From assembly GCF_009914755.1 (NCBI RefSeq), contig NC_060942.1: a stretch of 64,000 nucleotides of DNA; one strand, written 5' to 3'. This document shows, piece after piece, positions 44,670-56,866 of this stretch. The notes under the pieces are model-generated. The model was not told where the DNA came from. It saw nothing but the letters and a program-made list of their open reading frames with translations, and searched no databases. Position numbers and translations under genes: made by a program. Origin of the DNA: the human T2T-CHM13v2.0 reference genome, Homo sapiens. Numbering within the stretch: position 1 is the first letter of the stretch; each line of letters opens with the position of its first letter.

Positions 44670-46170
44670 ATGAATAATGCTACTGTGAACATTCATCTAC
44701 AAGTTTTTATGTAGACATATGTCTTCATTTCTCTTGGGTATTTTCCTAGGAGTAGAATAGCTAGACCATATGGTAATTCTATATTTGACAATTTGAGGAA
44801 CTGCCAATCTGTTTTCCACAGCGGCTGCACCATTTTAGATTCCCACTAATGATATATGAAGACTCCAGTTCTCTTTATCCTAGCCAACACATTTTATTAT
44901 ATGTCTTTGTGCTTATAGCTATCCTAGTGTGTGAAGTTTTATCTCATTGTGCTTTTGATTGCATTTCTCTGATGGCTAATGATATTGAGCATCTTTTTAT
45001 GTGTTTATTGTTCATTTGCATATTTTCTTTGGAGTATGTCTATTCAGATCCATTGCCCATTTTTAATTGGGTTGTATGTCGTATTATAATTATTTGTATA
45101 TTCTAGATATTTAACAGTTATTTGTATATTCTAGATATCAATTTGCAAATATTTTCTCCCATTCTATGGGTTGTCTTTTTTTTTTTTTTTTTTTTTTTTT
45201 TTGAGACAGGGCCTTGCTCTGTTGCCCAGGCTGGAGTGCAGTAGCACAACCATAGCTCACTGCAGCCTCAAATTCCTGGACTCAAGTGATCCTCCTGCCT
45301 CAGCCTCCTGAGTAGTGGGGACCCAGGCATGAACCACTGTGCCCAGCCCTTTTTTGACTTTCTTGATGGTCTCCTTTGAACCACAAAAGTTTTTGATTTT
45401 TATGAAGTCCAATTTGTCTGTATTTTCTTTGGCTACTTGTGCTTTAGGTGCCATATCTAAGAAACTATTGCCTAATCCAAGGTCATGAAGATTTACATCT
45501 ATTGTTTTTAACAAGTGTCATAGTTTTAGCTTTTACAATTAGGCTTTGATCCATTTTGAGTTAATTTTTTTATATGGTGTGAGGTAGGACATCCATTTAA
45601 TTCTTTTACATGTGGATATCCAGCTGTCCCAGAACCATTTATTGAAAAGACTATTCTTTTCCCCATTGAGTTATCTAGGCACCCTTGTTGAAATTCAATT
45701 GACTGAAAATTTGAAGATTTATTTCTGGACTCTCAATTGTATTCCATTGGTCTGTATATCACTCCTTATGCTACTAACACAGTATCTTGATTACTATTGC
45801 TTTATGGTAAGTTTTGATACCAGGAAATTGAGTCTTCCAACTTTGTTCTTCTCTTTCAAGATAATTTTGGCTATTCTGAGTCTCTTGCATTTCCATATGA
45901 ATTTTAGGATGATTTTATCAATGTCTGCAAAGAACCCAGCTGGAATTTTGATGGAGATTGCACTAAATGACTCTATAGATCTTTTTGGGGAGTGTTGCCA
46001 TCTTAGCAATATTAGGTATTCTGATTCTTGAACATGAGGTGTCTTTCTATTTATTTAGGTCTTGTTTAACTTCTTTTAATAATGTTTTGTAGTCTTCAGA
46101 GCATTTAAGTTTTGTACTTCTTTTGTTAAATATATACCCAAGTATTCCATTCTTTTTGATGCTATTGTAA
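44670..46170 (-). mobile_element. L1MB ORF2 3' fragment with FLAM/AluJ piece at 45176-45349
   Basis: Minus-strand ORF fragments match L1 ORF2 ([32 protein letters not shown]). Confidence 0.88.
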
Positions 46171-47669
46171 GGGACAGTTCTTGCTCTTTTTTCATTACTA
46201 AGAAGGTCTTCCTTGCTAATGGCTCTATCTTACACAGATATTTCAGTTATGTAGGAGTTTTAGGCTTCTGGTTAAGCCTTAGCTATTTTACAATTAATCA
46301 ACTGGAAATAAACTACATAATAAAGATTTTCCTTTGCCCTGATCCAATAGGGTCTAACAAATTAAATTTATATTTTCAAGGAGCTTACTTTTCATTTTAT
46401 TTACTTTTGTTTCTCAGTTCAAATGCAATTAGCAGGAAAACAAAATGTGGCCCACTATGCTTTCCTCAGACCTATGTTAAATAACCTTATTTTAAAGAAA
46501 CATAAAGCAGAAGTCCTTTCCCAGCTACTTTCCTTGAAAAGAATTCTATTCTTTGGGCTATTTCTGTATGCCCTTTCGGCAATGCAATCTTTAGTCTCAA
46601 CATATGTGGATTTCAATTTTCTTCTTTCTTGAGAATAATTAGAAAAAGCATAAAATGGAGTTTAGAAATAGAAAAGAGATGATATAAAAGAAGAGCAGTG
46701 GGAATTTTGCAAAGAAACCTTGACAGAAATGAAGGTCGCTGAGGGCAGGGCCTTTTGTGCCTTGAATAGCTCCTGCTTGGTGAGGAGGGGCCTGCCGAGG
46801 GACTCTAGTGCCCAGCAGGGCATGGCCTGGCTGTGGCTTCAGAAATCAAAATCAGAAAGAAACCAAAATGGGCTTCTTTTTTTGTTAGCGAAAAGTTTCA
46901 AATATACCAAATTTTAAAAATACATATTTGTCATAATGAACAAATATAATGTACCTCCAGGAACCCACCAACCCAGACTCAACAATCATCAACTCGTGGT
47001 CATTTCATCTATAAACCCACCAATCCCCCACCTCCACCTCTGATTATTTGGAAGCAAATCACAGACATTACATTGCTTCACCTACAAGCCTTTCACTGTA
47101 TATGTATATATCCATATCTGTGTGTGTGTCAGTGTGTGTGTGTGTGTATAATTCCTTAACATTATAAAATATTCAACCAGGTTCAAATTTGTCCATTACC
47201 ACATAATTTGTTTTCCTGACAGTTTTTTTGGATCGGGATCCAAAAACTTATATAAAGTTTCATGTGTTATAATTGGTAGATGTTTCCCTTCGAGTCTTTT
47301 AATCCATGTTCCAATGAAGATCCAGGCACAAGGGAAAATGCACATAAATCGTCCGCAACAAAGCAAAATTCTTAACCACTTTAAGCAACCAATAACAGTG
47401 AGTATAAATTTCACAAGTCATAGATTCAAAAGCACAAAAATGTAACTTCATTTTACCAATTTTTAACTTGAGCCCCCCATTCTGTCTTTAGTTTGAAAAC
47501 TCAACCCAGCCTCAGATAAATTTAATCAAATGCAGTGAGTTTTCCATTTTAATCACATTCAGAACACACCTTCCTGGATTTCTACCTGGAGCTGATGCTA
47601 TCCACTTAAATGCAGCTTGTGGTGGTGGGGAGGAGCTTATCTGAGCTCCTCCTGTTTCTTTTCCCCCCT

Positions 47670-48160
47670 CTACATTAATTTTTGATTGCTGTGTAACAAA
47701 CTACCACAAACTTAGCAGCCTAAAACAACACTCATTTGTTAGCACAGAGTTCTGTAGGTCGGAAGTTCTGCACAGCATGGCTGGCTTCGCTGCTCAGGGG
47801 GCAAAGTCCTCTGGAGACTTTGGGGGAAAATCCACTTCCAAGCTCATTCTTGTTGTTGGCAGAATTCAATTCTTTTTGGTTGTGAGACTGCAGTCCTGGT
47901 TTCCTTGCTGGCCGTTAGCTGGGAGATCACCCACGTCCTTGCACATGAACCCCTCCATCTTCAAGCCAGCAAGGCTGCATCAAATCCATCGTGGGCTTCA
48001 AACTTGACTTCCTTATCTGTAGCCAGAGGGAGAAAACTGCTTTTAAAGGGGTCACGTGACTAGGTTGGTTCCCCTCGCCACAGATCATCTCCCTATCTTC
48101 ACACCAACTTACGTGGTAACTTAATGACACCTGCAAAATGCCATCACAGCAGCTTCTAGG
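47670..48160. mobile_element. MaLR LTR (MLT1D/E-like)
   Basis: attgctgtgtaacaaactaccacaaacttagcagcctaaaacaacac; aatccacttccaagctcattcttgttgttggcagaattca. Confidence 0.75.
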
Positions 48161-48314
48161 TGCATATATACCAGGGACTTGGAACCAGGGCAGGGCGATG
48201 GGGGTCTCAGAAGTCTGCCTACAATGGTCTCCATGAGACACAGCTGCATCCTCAACTGTCCACGCCATACCTTCTGATGGTGGGTCTCCTCATCCAGTCT
48301 CGAGTCCTGCTTGC

Positions 48315-48350
<36 letters not shown>

Positions 48351-49106
48351 CCAATTAACCTCCAGAAGTGGGAAAGGCAGGACTGGGGGCTGAAAGAGAA
48401 GTTTCCCCCCAGTGTGTTGTAAACTGCAGCTCCAGCCTTTCCTAAGGGGAGCTGGATGGCCCTTCAGAGTTGGCCCAAACCGAGACAAGGAGGCTGGGCT
48501 TTTATATCCCCACATTGCCCAGTCACTTGGCACAAGCACAGAGACTGGATGAGGAGACCCACCACTTCTTGGAGGAAGGGGGTGATGCCTTATCTTGTGG
48601 AAGGGGGTGATGCCTAATCAGTTCCCTGTGGCTGAGGGCAGTTTCTGATGAGGGACCCAGCTGAGAGACACCTGCTGCTCTCAGTTGCTGTGAGATGGCT
48701 GCCTCTTCCCAGAAGAGGGGACACCAGTGAGTGCTACAACAATATCCACTCCACTCATCATCTGTTCTCCTTTCCACTTGTTTCTACATCACACCTGGGC
48801 CTTTCCTTTTGAATATATAAACCAAGAATGTTGGATTTTCAATACATGAGCTAGCAAAAAAGACTTCATATTTTACAAACCATCCTGCCACAGGAAAGTG
48901 GGTATTCAAATGCATAGTATCCATTATTATTAATTTAATGTATAATAGCACTTCGTTGATATTTTTTATGCATATACTACTTTACTGGGTGTTTTTATGC
49001 CAATAAAAAATTTAAGCCCCCACAAATCCTTTCTGGAACACAGTGAGAAATAAAAACATCAAATATTCATGGATTCTCATGGATTCTTTTACACCTGGAG
49101 TCCTAC

Positions 49107-49553
49107 CATTAGATATGAGTTCTACATTTCTTTTCAAAGAATCAGTATGTCAGTATGTTTAATTCTTTGCCTTCTACTTTTAAACTTAACTTCCTCGTAA
49201 AGCAACCTTTTTCCATTACCTGCTCCACCCTGACTCATTCCGATTACCTGCTCTGTCATAACCATTTTTCCCACCAAAGCACTCACCCCATCACTGTCTT
49301 TAAATTAGCCACTTGGAATTAGTTTAGCCTGTGCAGTCTAACCCTAGCCAATAGGGGAATGACACAGCAGCAGGGGCCATGTACATCAGGGATAAGAACC
49401 CCTTTCCCTCCTTTGTCCAAGTGTGCACTCACCATTGCTCCGTCTGTAAGCGTGCACCCATCTACAGAAGTAACTTGCCTTGCTGAGAATTAAAAAGAAG
49501 ATGTTATATTCGAGTGCAATTTCTTTTGTGGCACCGAAATTTTATTTATAACA
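49107..49553 (+). mobile_element. Solo LTR10 (LTR10F-like, HERV-IP10)
   Basis: Starts (ca)ttagatatgagttct...tcaaagaatcagtatgtcagtatg, ends tataACA; TSD CTAC(C); reverse-complement homolog of the proviral LTRs; one TGACTCA. Confidence 0.88.
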
Positions 49554-50329
49554 CTACCAACTCAGTTCTTCCCATAAAATACAATAGGGGTTGTTTCCTA
49601 AATGCTTAGTCCCCATTAATTTACCCAAATTGATCCAAGCTTTGGGAAGCCTGAAGTCCCATCTGTCTTACTACCTCTTTGTCTCCAACACATGCTGCCT
49701 GACTTATAGTAGGTGTTTGGCAGTGAATGAATGTCTGCTAAAAATAAATATATGCATACGTAAATAAGACTAACGTTATATATAAAGTTTCAGTGCCACA
49801 AAAGAAATAGCACTCAAATATAAAATTTTCTTTTAGTTCTCAGCAAGGCAAGTTACTTCTGTGGAAGGGTGCGCCCTTACAGATGGAGCAATGGTGAATG
49901 CACACTTGGACTAGGGAGGGGAAGGGGTTCTCATCCCTGATGCACGTGGCCCCTGCTGCTGTATTGTTCCCCTATTGGCTAGGGATAGACCGCACAGGCT
50001 AACCTAGTTCTGATTGGCTAATTTAAAGAGAGTGATGGTGACTGCTTTGGCGGGAAAAAAATGGTTATGCAGGGTGAAGAATGAGTCAGAGCAGAGCAGG
50101 TAGCAGGTAATCAGAATAAGTCAGGATGGAGTAGGTAATCAGAATGAGTCAGGGTGGAGTAGGTAATCGAAAAAGGTTGCTTTATGAGGAAGTTAAGTTT
50201 AAAAGTAGAAGGCAAATAATTGAACATACTGACATATTGGTTCTTTGAAGAGAAATTTAGAGCTTATATCTAACAATCCTTCCTCTTGCATTTCCTTACA
50301 GATTTTTGTCATCAGACTTTTTTTTAACA

Positions 50330-52066
50330 TGTCTTGGCTTATTTGTTCTGCTTGATTTTCCAAAAGAAGAAGCTTCTTTGGATAAGGTGAAGGATAGTTA
50401 AGGGAGGTTTTAGTAAGTGCCATTTCTATGAGCCTCTGTGCCAACTTACGGATGCACAGCATGACACAGCACCCGACAAGAATAAGTACACCTATTACAG
50501 CTGCGAGAGAAATAAGAATTGAGGCTATTATTCCTTTCCATTTACCAAACTACTTTTCTAGCCATCCTGTAAAGGGGTCATTTACCCCTGAGTTGCTGGC
50601 TAACTCATTGGATAGAGCAGTCAGACCTTGCAATGCTTTTGTTATACTTCCATTAGGGGCGGTGTTGTTTGGGATGAAGGTGCAACATTGAGTTTTAACC
50701 GTGATGCAAACTCCTCCTCTTTCTGCTGATATCATGTCTAAGGCTATCCTATTTTCGCACGCCCTCTGGCTAGTAGCACCTAATTTTACAGCTATTTCTT
50801 TAACAGCATCTCTAGTGTAGTTAATAAATCGCTGTTGGTTGTAGTAGATTTGGTTTATTCAATCTACATTTTTATTAATTGTCACCCACTGAAATATTGA
50901 CTCAAATCCTGCAGCTATTTGATTTTGGGCTTTAAATTGATCTGGTATTCCCCATGGGACTCTAATTGTGTCTAAATAGACGTGAGAGTGGAAAGACCCA
51001 TAAGGGGCTTCTCTAGCTTTACGATGCTTCATTTTTCCTTCCTCTGGTTGATGAAATGCCAGGGTGAAAGGGACAGCCAATTGGACTAGAGCACAAGTGT
51101 CACCCCAGTTATTTGGCAGAGTGTCCACTAAAAGTCCACCACAATACCACCACACATCTGCTCGGGGATGAACAAGGGCTGACTGATTGATAAGCTCTTG
51201 AAAATCCTTACGCTCACTGCATCCCTTCAGGTCTCCAAGGAATGCTAAGTTTTCCCCCTGTCATGAGAGACACAAAGTGAACTTAGTGTTGGGAGATGGA
51301 AGCTGGATGGCCCTCAGGGGCTGACCCGCAGGGTGCCGGACTCCGGGATATAGCAGAGAGAGAGCTTGGCATGACTTATTACTCCAGGCTGTAGAATCCT
51401 GGAAAAGAGCCACCATGCAGCCCATGCCTCTAAGGACCACCTTAGAGGAAAGGGGACAGTCTGTTCCTCTGGCCTGCCGTGTGCACAAGCATAATAACAA
51501 TTGCTTTTGTTTAACGTGTGGATGGAATATTTAATCCATTCCAACCAGGCGTTTGCATCTTGGTATCTGCCTTAATTGCCAAAGTTTGTTTTAAGTCTTT
51601 AACTTCTATGATCTTCCAGTAAAATGAAGGTATGGTTTTAGGAAATTACAAAAACCAGTTGGGGCAGTCCATCCTTGCTCTTTAGTGGCCCACAGAATGT
51701 TGGACCAACTATGGCATAAAAGCACTACATCGGGGGGCAAGACTCCTGGTTGACACTGGGGTCTTTATCGAAATCTCCCCAGATTAAATGGTCCTAGTTT
51801 ACTAATGCCCAGTCTGAAGAGAGTCAGGAGGGACAGAGGTACTTTTCTGAAGGAGAGAGCTGTCTTTGACTTGACAAGTCCCCACAGGGTATAACAAGGC
51901 AAGTATTAAATGCAATAGTTTGAGGTGAAATTGACTTGGTTATGTTAATAACTAGGTGGTCAACAATAGAGTGAGGAAAGAAGAAAGAGTAACAGAATAA
52001 ATGAAAGAGAATTAAATTGTTCTTAGCTTTAATTTGGTAGGGTTTTCCCCTGGGGCTATGGCCCAC
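50330..52066 (-). pseudogene. Proviral env (gamma-type), disrupted
   Basis: Furin site RKAR, immunosuppressive-like LDMISAERGGVC followed by CX6CC (CITVKTQCC); split over several frames. Confidence 0.88.
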
Positions 52067-52079
52067 AACTCTGGAGGCG

Positions 52080-53480
52080 GTGGCGCTTTCTTGACTCAGG
52101 TGTTATGAGTCCATCCCTTTTTTGCTGTATGAACAGCAGTGTCAGTGGTTAGCAGCACAAGATATGGTCCTTCTCAGGCTGGCTCGAGTTTTTCTTCTTT
52201 CCACTCTTTGATGAAAACATGTTCTTCAGGCTGGTGCTGGTTTACCGGAAATTCTAGGGGTGGTACCTGTGCTAAAAGACTTTTAGTTTTGAAGGAAAGG
52301 AAAGTGGAAGATACACCAAGTATATAATTTCTAAGAAATTGACCTTTTGTTTTAATTGTAGGGACATCAGCAGTGGACTTTATAGTCCTTGGTGCCTTCT
52401 TACTGAGAAATTTCCGTTAGCACCTCTTTTTATTGGTTTTTAGACCAAAGAAAGCCAAACATTTTTATATTTGACAATTTTATATTTTATATTTGACAAT
52501 GCTTCCTGTATGGTTTTCATACCAGATAAGCTATATTTCACCTTTATATTAGTGTGTTATTAATGTTAAACTTAGTTTTAATAAAACTTTGTAGACATAT
52601 TTATTCACTTTTTAATGTCTGACCATAAGGTAAGATTTTTATAGACTCTTTAACCTTTTATAATTTCTGTTAAAGAGCGGGTTAGTGCTTTAAGAAAAAC
52701 CTGTTGAGCTTTTATTTTAATGTCCAGTTCACAGAAAAACTGGATGATACCTCTTTAACTTTAACCAATATGTTTACACACAGAATTTCCTTTACAATTA
52801 ATGTTTCAAAACTTGCTAAAACCTTTAAAACAAAATATTTTTTTAAAGTTTTTAATGTAGGTAAAAATCCACATTCTTATGCCTCTTTATAATACTTTTA
52901 CCAAAGGTATATTTTACTTACCTTATTCACCTTGCACATAAACTACTTCTTCAATATTTTTACATTGAGGAGGCCTAATTACTTTTAAATTCTACAACAT
53001 TTCTTGCATAAATTCCCTTTATAACTTTTTTTTTTCATGATTTTCACAGACAATTCTTTGACACGCCTCAACTTTGTGACTTGTTGCAAACATCCTTTTC
53101 TTTAAACAACCAGTTAATTTATTTTAGGATAAGAATTTACCATATAACATTATTTTTACATAAATTCTCCCCCCCACCCCACACCCCCACTTTTTTCCCC
53201 CTAAAGATGATAACCATTCTTTTCCAAAGCGAACTTCCTTCCTGTCTGTGGACTAGACTGCCTAAGGCCATAAGATTTGAAGTTAGGATAATACATGTTA
53301 CACTGTTAACTTTGAGCAAACTTTACTTTTGTTGAAAACCTTGTAAGTTTTGGATTTCAATTATCCTTTGCTGTTAATAAGACTTTGTTTAGTCCAAATT
53401 TAGAATTGGTATAGATGGTTCTTTCCTGGTTCTGTAAGTACTTTAAGGCTTGGCTGAGTGGAAACAGCTCAAACCTTGGA
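52080..53480 (-). pseudogene. Proviral pol remnants (RNase H fragment and integrase C-terminus)
   Basis: ALKYLQNQERTIYTNSK (RNase H-like, ~53400-53460); KLEPA*EGPYLVLLTT (IN GPY motif, ~52140-52200). Confidence 0.75.
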
Positions 53481-54119
53481 GTAGACCAATTATCAGGCAA
53501 TTTTCCTAACTCTGCTTTTACAAGAGTTTCCCTATCAATTACTGAATACCTATTGTGTCTTTTTCCCTCAGTCACCCACCCGGGAGGAACCATCTGTCCT
53601 CCCGGGAACTGTCCTAAAGGGAGTTCCTCCTAGGTCTGGTCAGACCTTTGTATGGTAATTAATTAAGATTTAGATCCCCTGTTAGGAAACCTGCTGGGTT
53701 AAGGGAATTATCAGTGGCTAATGTTAAATCATCTTTTTCTAACAGAATAGTCCCATACTTCAAGATTTTTGAGTTAGTAAGCTACATTTTTGCTTTTTTT
53801 TTTTTTTTTTTTTTTGACTTAGGATGGTTCTGAACTGGGGAGTTGTGCTCACAATGAGGTTTCCTCTAAAAGCTATTTTTCTACTTTCTTCTGCTAGCAA
53901 AGCAGTTGCAGCTACAGATTAAATGCATTTGGGCCATCCACAAGTTACTGGGTTAATGATTTTTGATAGGAAGGCCTCAGTGCTTTCCGGCTATGCCCTT
54001 GTTTATATTGACAACAAGGTAGTATTGGGGTGTTATAAGCTCATGGAGAAGACCTTCAATTATCAATTACAGGTTTTAAATTTACCCTGGCTTTTAAAGG
54101 AATAGGTTACACTGTTTTC

Positions 54120-54400
54120 TCTTTACTACTTCTCTCTTTCTCTCTTTGACTTTCTGTCTCTTTCTCTTTCTTTGACCCCCTCTTTGTCTCTCTGTCTCTT
54201 CCTCTCTCTCTCTGCCTATCTCTCTCTTTGACTCCCTCTTTGTCTTTCTGTCTCTTCCTCTCTCTCCGCCTCTCTTTCTGTCTCTCTCTTTCTTTCTGCT
54301 CTCTCTTTCTCTTTCCCCTCTCTTTCTCTCTTTCCTCTCTACTGTTCTTTCCCTGCCTCTGCCAGCTGCTTATGCTGCTGTTCTCCTCTCTCCTTCCCTT
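54120..54400. repeat. CT-rich low-complexity tract inside the provirus
   Basis: ~280 nt of (CT/CTTT)n. Confidence 0.85.
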
Positions 54401-54439
54401 TCCCCTAGGGGAAGGACCTGCAGTAGTGGAGCTACTCTT

Positions 54440-55345
54440 TCTTCCCCTAAAAAGAGGACACCCAAGATGGACATTAACTCAACCCAAGTTTACAACTGAG
54501 GTCCTAAGAATTGCTCAATTTGGTCTGCCACACCGTAAGGGTCACCTAGTAGCAGTTTAAGCTCCTTTTTAAAAAAAATTCTGGACTTCTGAACTGGTTA
54601 GGGGAGTATTTACAAAGCCAATGGCCACCCCCTCCTTGTGGTACCTCTTTCAAAGCGAAGAGCACTGGGGCTGACCTCTTAGGTACCAAGGGAAATGGGA
54701 AATCCTGAATATCTTTTTTACATTGTTCTACCTCATGCTGGAGTCCTTTTAGAGAGGGGTATTTAGGTTGGGAGAGAACAGGCTGATGGGATGGTAATTC
54801 CCAAGAGTCAGGGTTATAAGGAGGAGGGATAATGTGAGTAGAGGAGGAATTTGGAATGGGATCTGAGGCAGCAGTGGCTGTCTGAGGGGAAAAATTGGGG
54901 ACACTGAATGGGGGAAGATAGTCTAGGGGATCCCATGTGCTGGAATTTTTAGGCATGAGAGCTGGCTCCTCTGACTTTTCATTTTGAGGTGCCAGATTGG
55001 GTTCTTCCCTATTTGTTTTTAAGGGAAAAAGGAGGGCAGGTCCTTGCCTCCATAGCCTAGTTCTTCTTGAGACACTGGACTTCTATCATTAACATATCAG
55101 ATTAGAAACTGACACATTGCATCCTCATTCGACCTAAACTTCGGCCAGAAGATTGAGGGTTTGAGGATGGGTCCCTGAGTCCAAAGAAAACAGCAATATT
55201 TTATCATTTGTTGCTTTTTCCTATGTTTAGTCCTTTCATTAGCCTTCCAGTGTTTTAGCATGAGACCTAGGGGGCTATCCAGAGTGATATCTTTGTTACC
55301 ATCTTTATCCTCCTTGCTTCCTCTCTTGCTTGGTGTATTTCCCAT
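54440..55345 (-). pseudogene. Proviral gag N-terminal remnant (MA/p12-like)
   Basis: MGNTPSK (myristoylation Gly2), DSPLGLMLKHW, PPPY late motif (IIPPPYNP); frameshifted and truncated. Confidence 0.85.
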
Positions 55346-55353
55346 CTTGATGG

Positions 55354-55531
55354 TTTTGGGGTAAGGTTCAAGGTTCAATTTCCCCTACTGGAAATTTCTC
55401 ACCTTTTGGGGTGAGGCTCAATTTCCCCACTGGAAATTTCTTGTGTTTTGGGGTGAGGCTCAATTTCCTCACTGGAAATTTCTTGCCTTTTGGGATAAGG
55501 CTCAATTTCCCCACTGGAAAGTTCTTGCCTT
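55354..55531. repeat. 42-bp tandem repeat (~4 units) in proviral leader
   Basis: Unit tcaatttccccactggaaatttcttgtgttttggggtgaggc; gives the 14-aa periodicity in ORF 55368..55586. Confidence 0.9.
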
Positions 55532-56278
55532 TATTTTTTTTTCCATGTTGCTGAGAGCTTGGGTTATTCCCATACTGAGGAATCATTTCTCACCCCTGAG
55601 GCTGCCACAAGGGGGCGGGGCGCGCCTCCTCACGAGACAGAACCAGAGACCATCCCAAGAGGGGAATGCAATCATGGGCGAGCCCCCAAATTGTTATATA
55701 TAAAGTTTCAATGCCACAAAAGAAATAGCACTCAAATATAAAATTTTAATTCTCAGCGAGGCAAGTTACTTCTATAGAAGGGTGCACCCTTATAGATGGA
55801 GCAATGGTGAGCACACACTTGGACAAGGGAGGGGAAGAGGTTCTTATCCCTGACGCACGTGGCCCCTGCTGCTGTGTCGTTCCCCTATTGGCTAGGGTTA
55901 GACTGCACAGGCTAAAATAATTCCGATTGGCTAATTTAAAGAGAGTGAGGGGGTGGGTGTTTTGGCAGGAAAAAATGGTTAAGCAGGGTGAAGAACGAGT
56001 CAGGGCGGAGCAGGTAGCAGGTAATCTGAATAAGTTAGAGTGGAGCAGGTGATTGGAATGAGTCAGAGTGGAGTAGATAATCAGAATGAGTCAGGGTAGA
56101 GTAAGTAATCGAAAAAAGTTGCTTTACGAGGAAGTTAAGTTTAAAAGTAGAAGGCAAAGAATTAAACATACTGACATGCTGATTCTTTGAAGAGAAATTT
56201 AGAACTTATATCTAACACTAACGTAGTTTTCTATTGAAGAACAACTTTCATGGCCTTTAAATCTTAATGTATATAAAA

Positions 56279-56550
56279 TTTTTTATTTATTTTTTATTTT
56301 TTTAGAGACAAAGGCTTGCTGTGTCATCCAGGCTGGAGTTCAGTTGCTTGATCATAGCTTACCACAGCCTTGAACTCCTGGGCTCAAGTGATCCTTGTGC
56401 TTCAGCCTCTTGAGTAGCTGGGACTACAGGCTACACACCCGGCTAATTTTCTCATTTTTTTTTTTTTGTAGAGACAGGGTCTTACTATTTCACCCAGGCT
56501 GGTCTCAAACTCCTGGCCTCAAGTGATTCTTTCACCTTGGCTTCCCAAAG
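56279..56550 (-). mobile_element. AluJ SINE
   Basis: Alu with J diagnostics (ccttgaactcctgggctcaagtgatcc). Confidence 0.88.
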
Positions 56551-56574
56551 GAGGTATAAAAATTAAATAAGATG

Positions 56575-56866
<292 letters not shown>

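Larger units (their letters stand above)
42677..46565 (+). pseudogene. Candidate decayed multi-exon gene (pseudo-exons 42677-42914, 43111-43306, 43998-44117, 46418-~46565)
   Basis: Non-repeat segments bounded by polypyrimidine+AG and GT donors, joined in compatible phases (0, 2, 1) to give protein-like text with two nonsense codons and two inferred frameshifts. No identity established. Confidence 0.45.
49774..56217 (-). mobile_element. Internally deleted HERV-IP10 (HERVIP10FH-like) provirus with two LTR10s
   Basis: 5' LTR 55692-56217, 3' LTR 49774-50275, TSD CTAA(C); PBS TGGGGGCTCGCCCATGAT (15/18 match to tRNA-Pro 3' end) at 55671-55688; PPT at ~50276-50288; gag, RNaseH, IN and env remnants; no RT core seen. 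Confidence 0.9.

Noticed and set aside
50330-52066. Possible domesticated (syncytin-like) env
   Set aside because: Multiple stops and frameshifts; the longest piece is under 100 aa.
55354-55531. Palindromic direct repeats resembling a CRISPR array
   Set aside because: Units are contiguous with no unique spacers, lie inside an ERV leader in a primate genome, and no cas genes are present.
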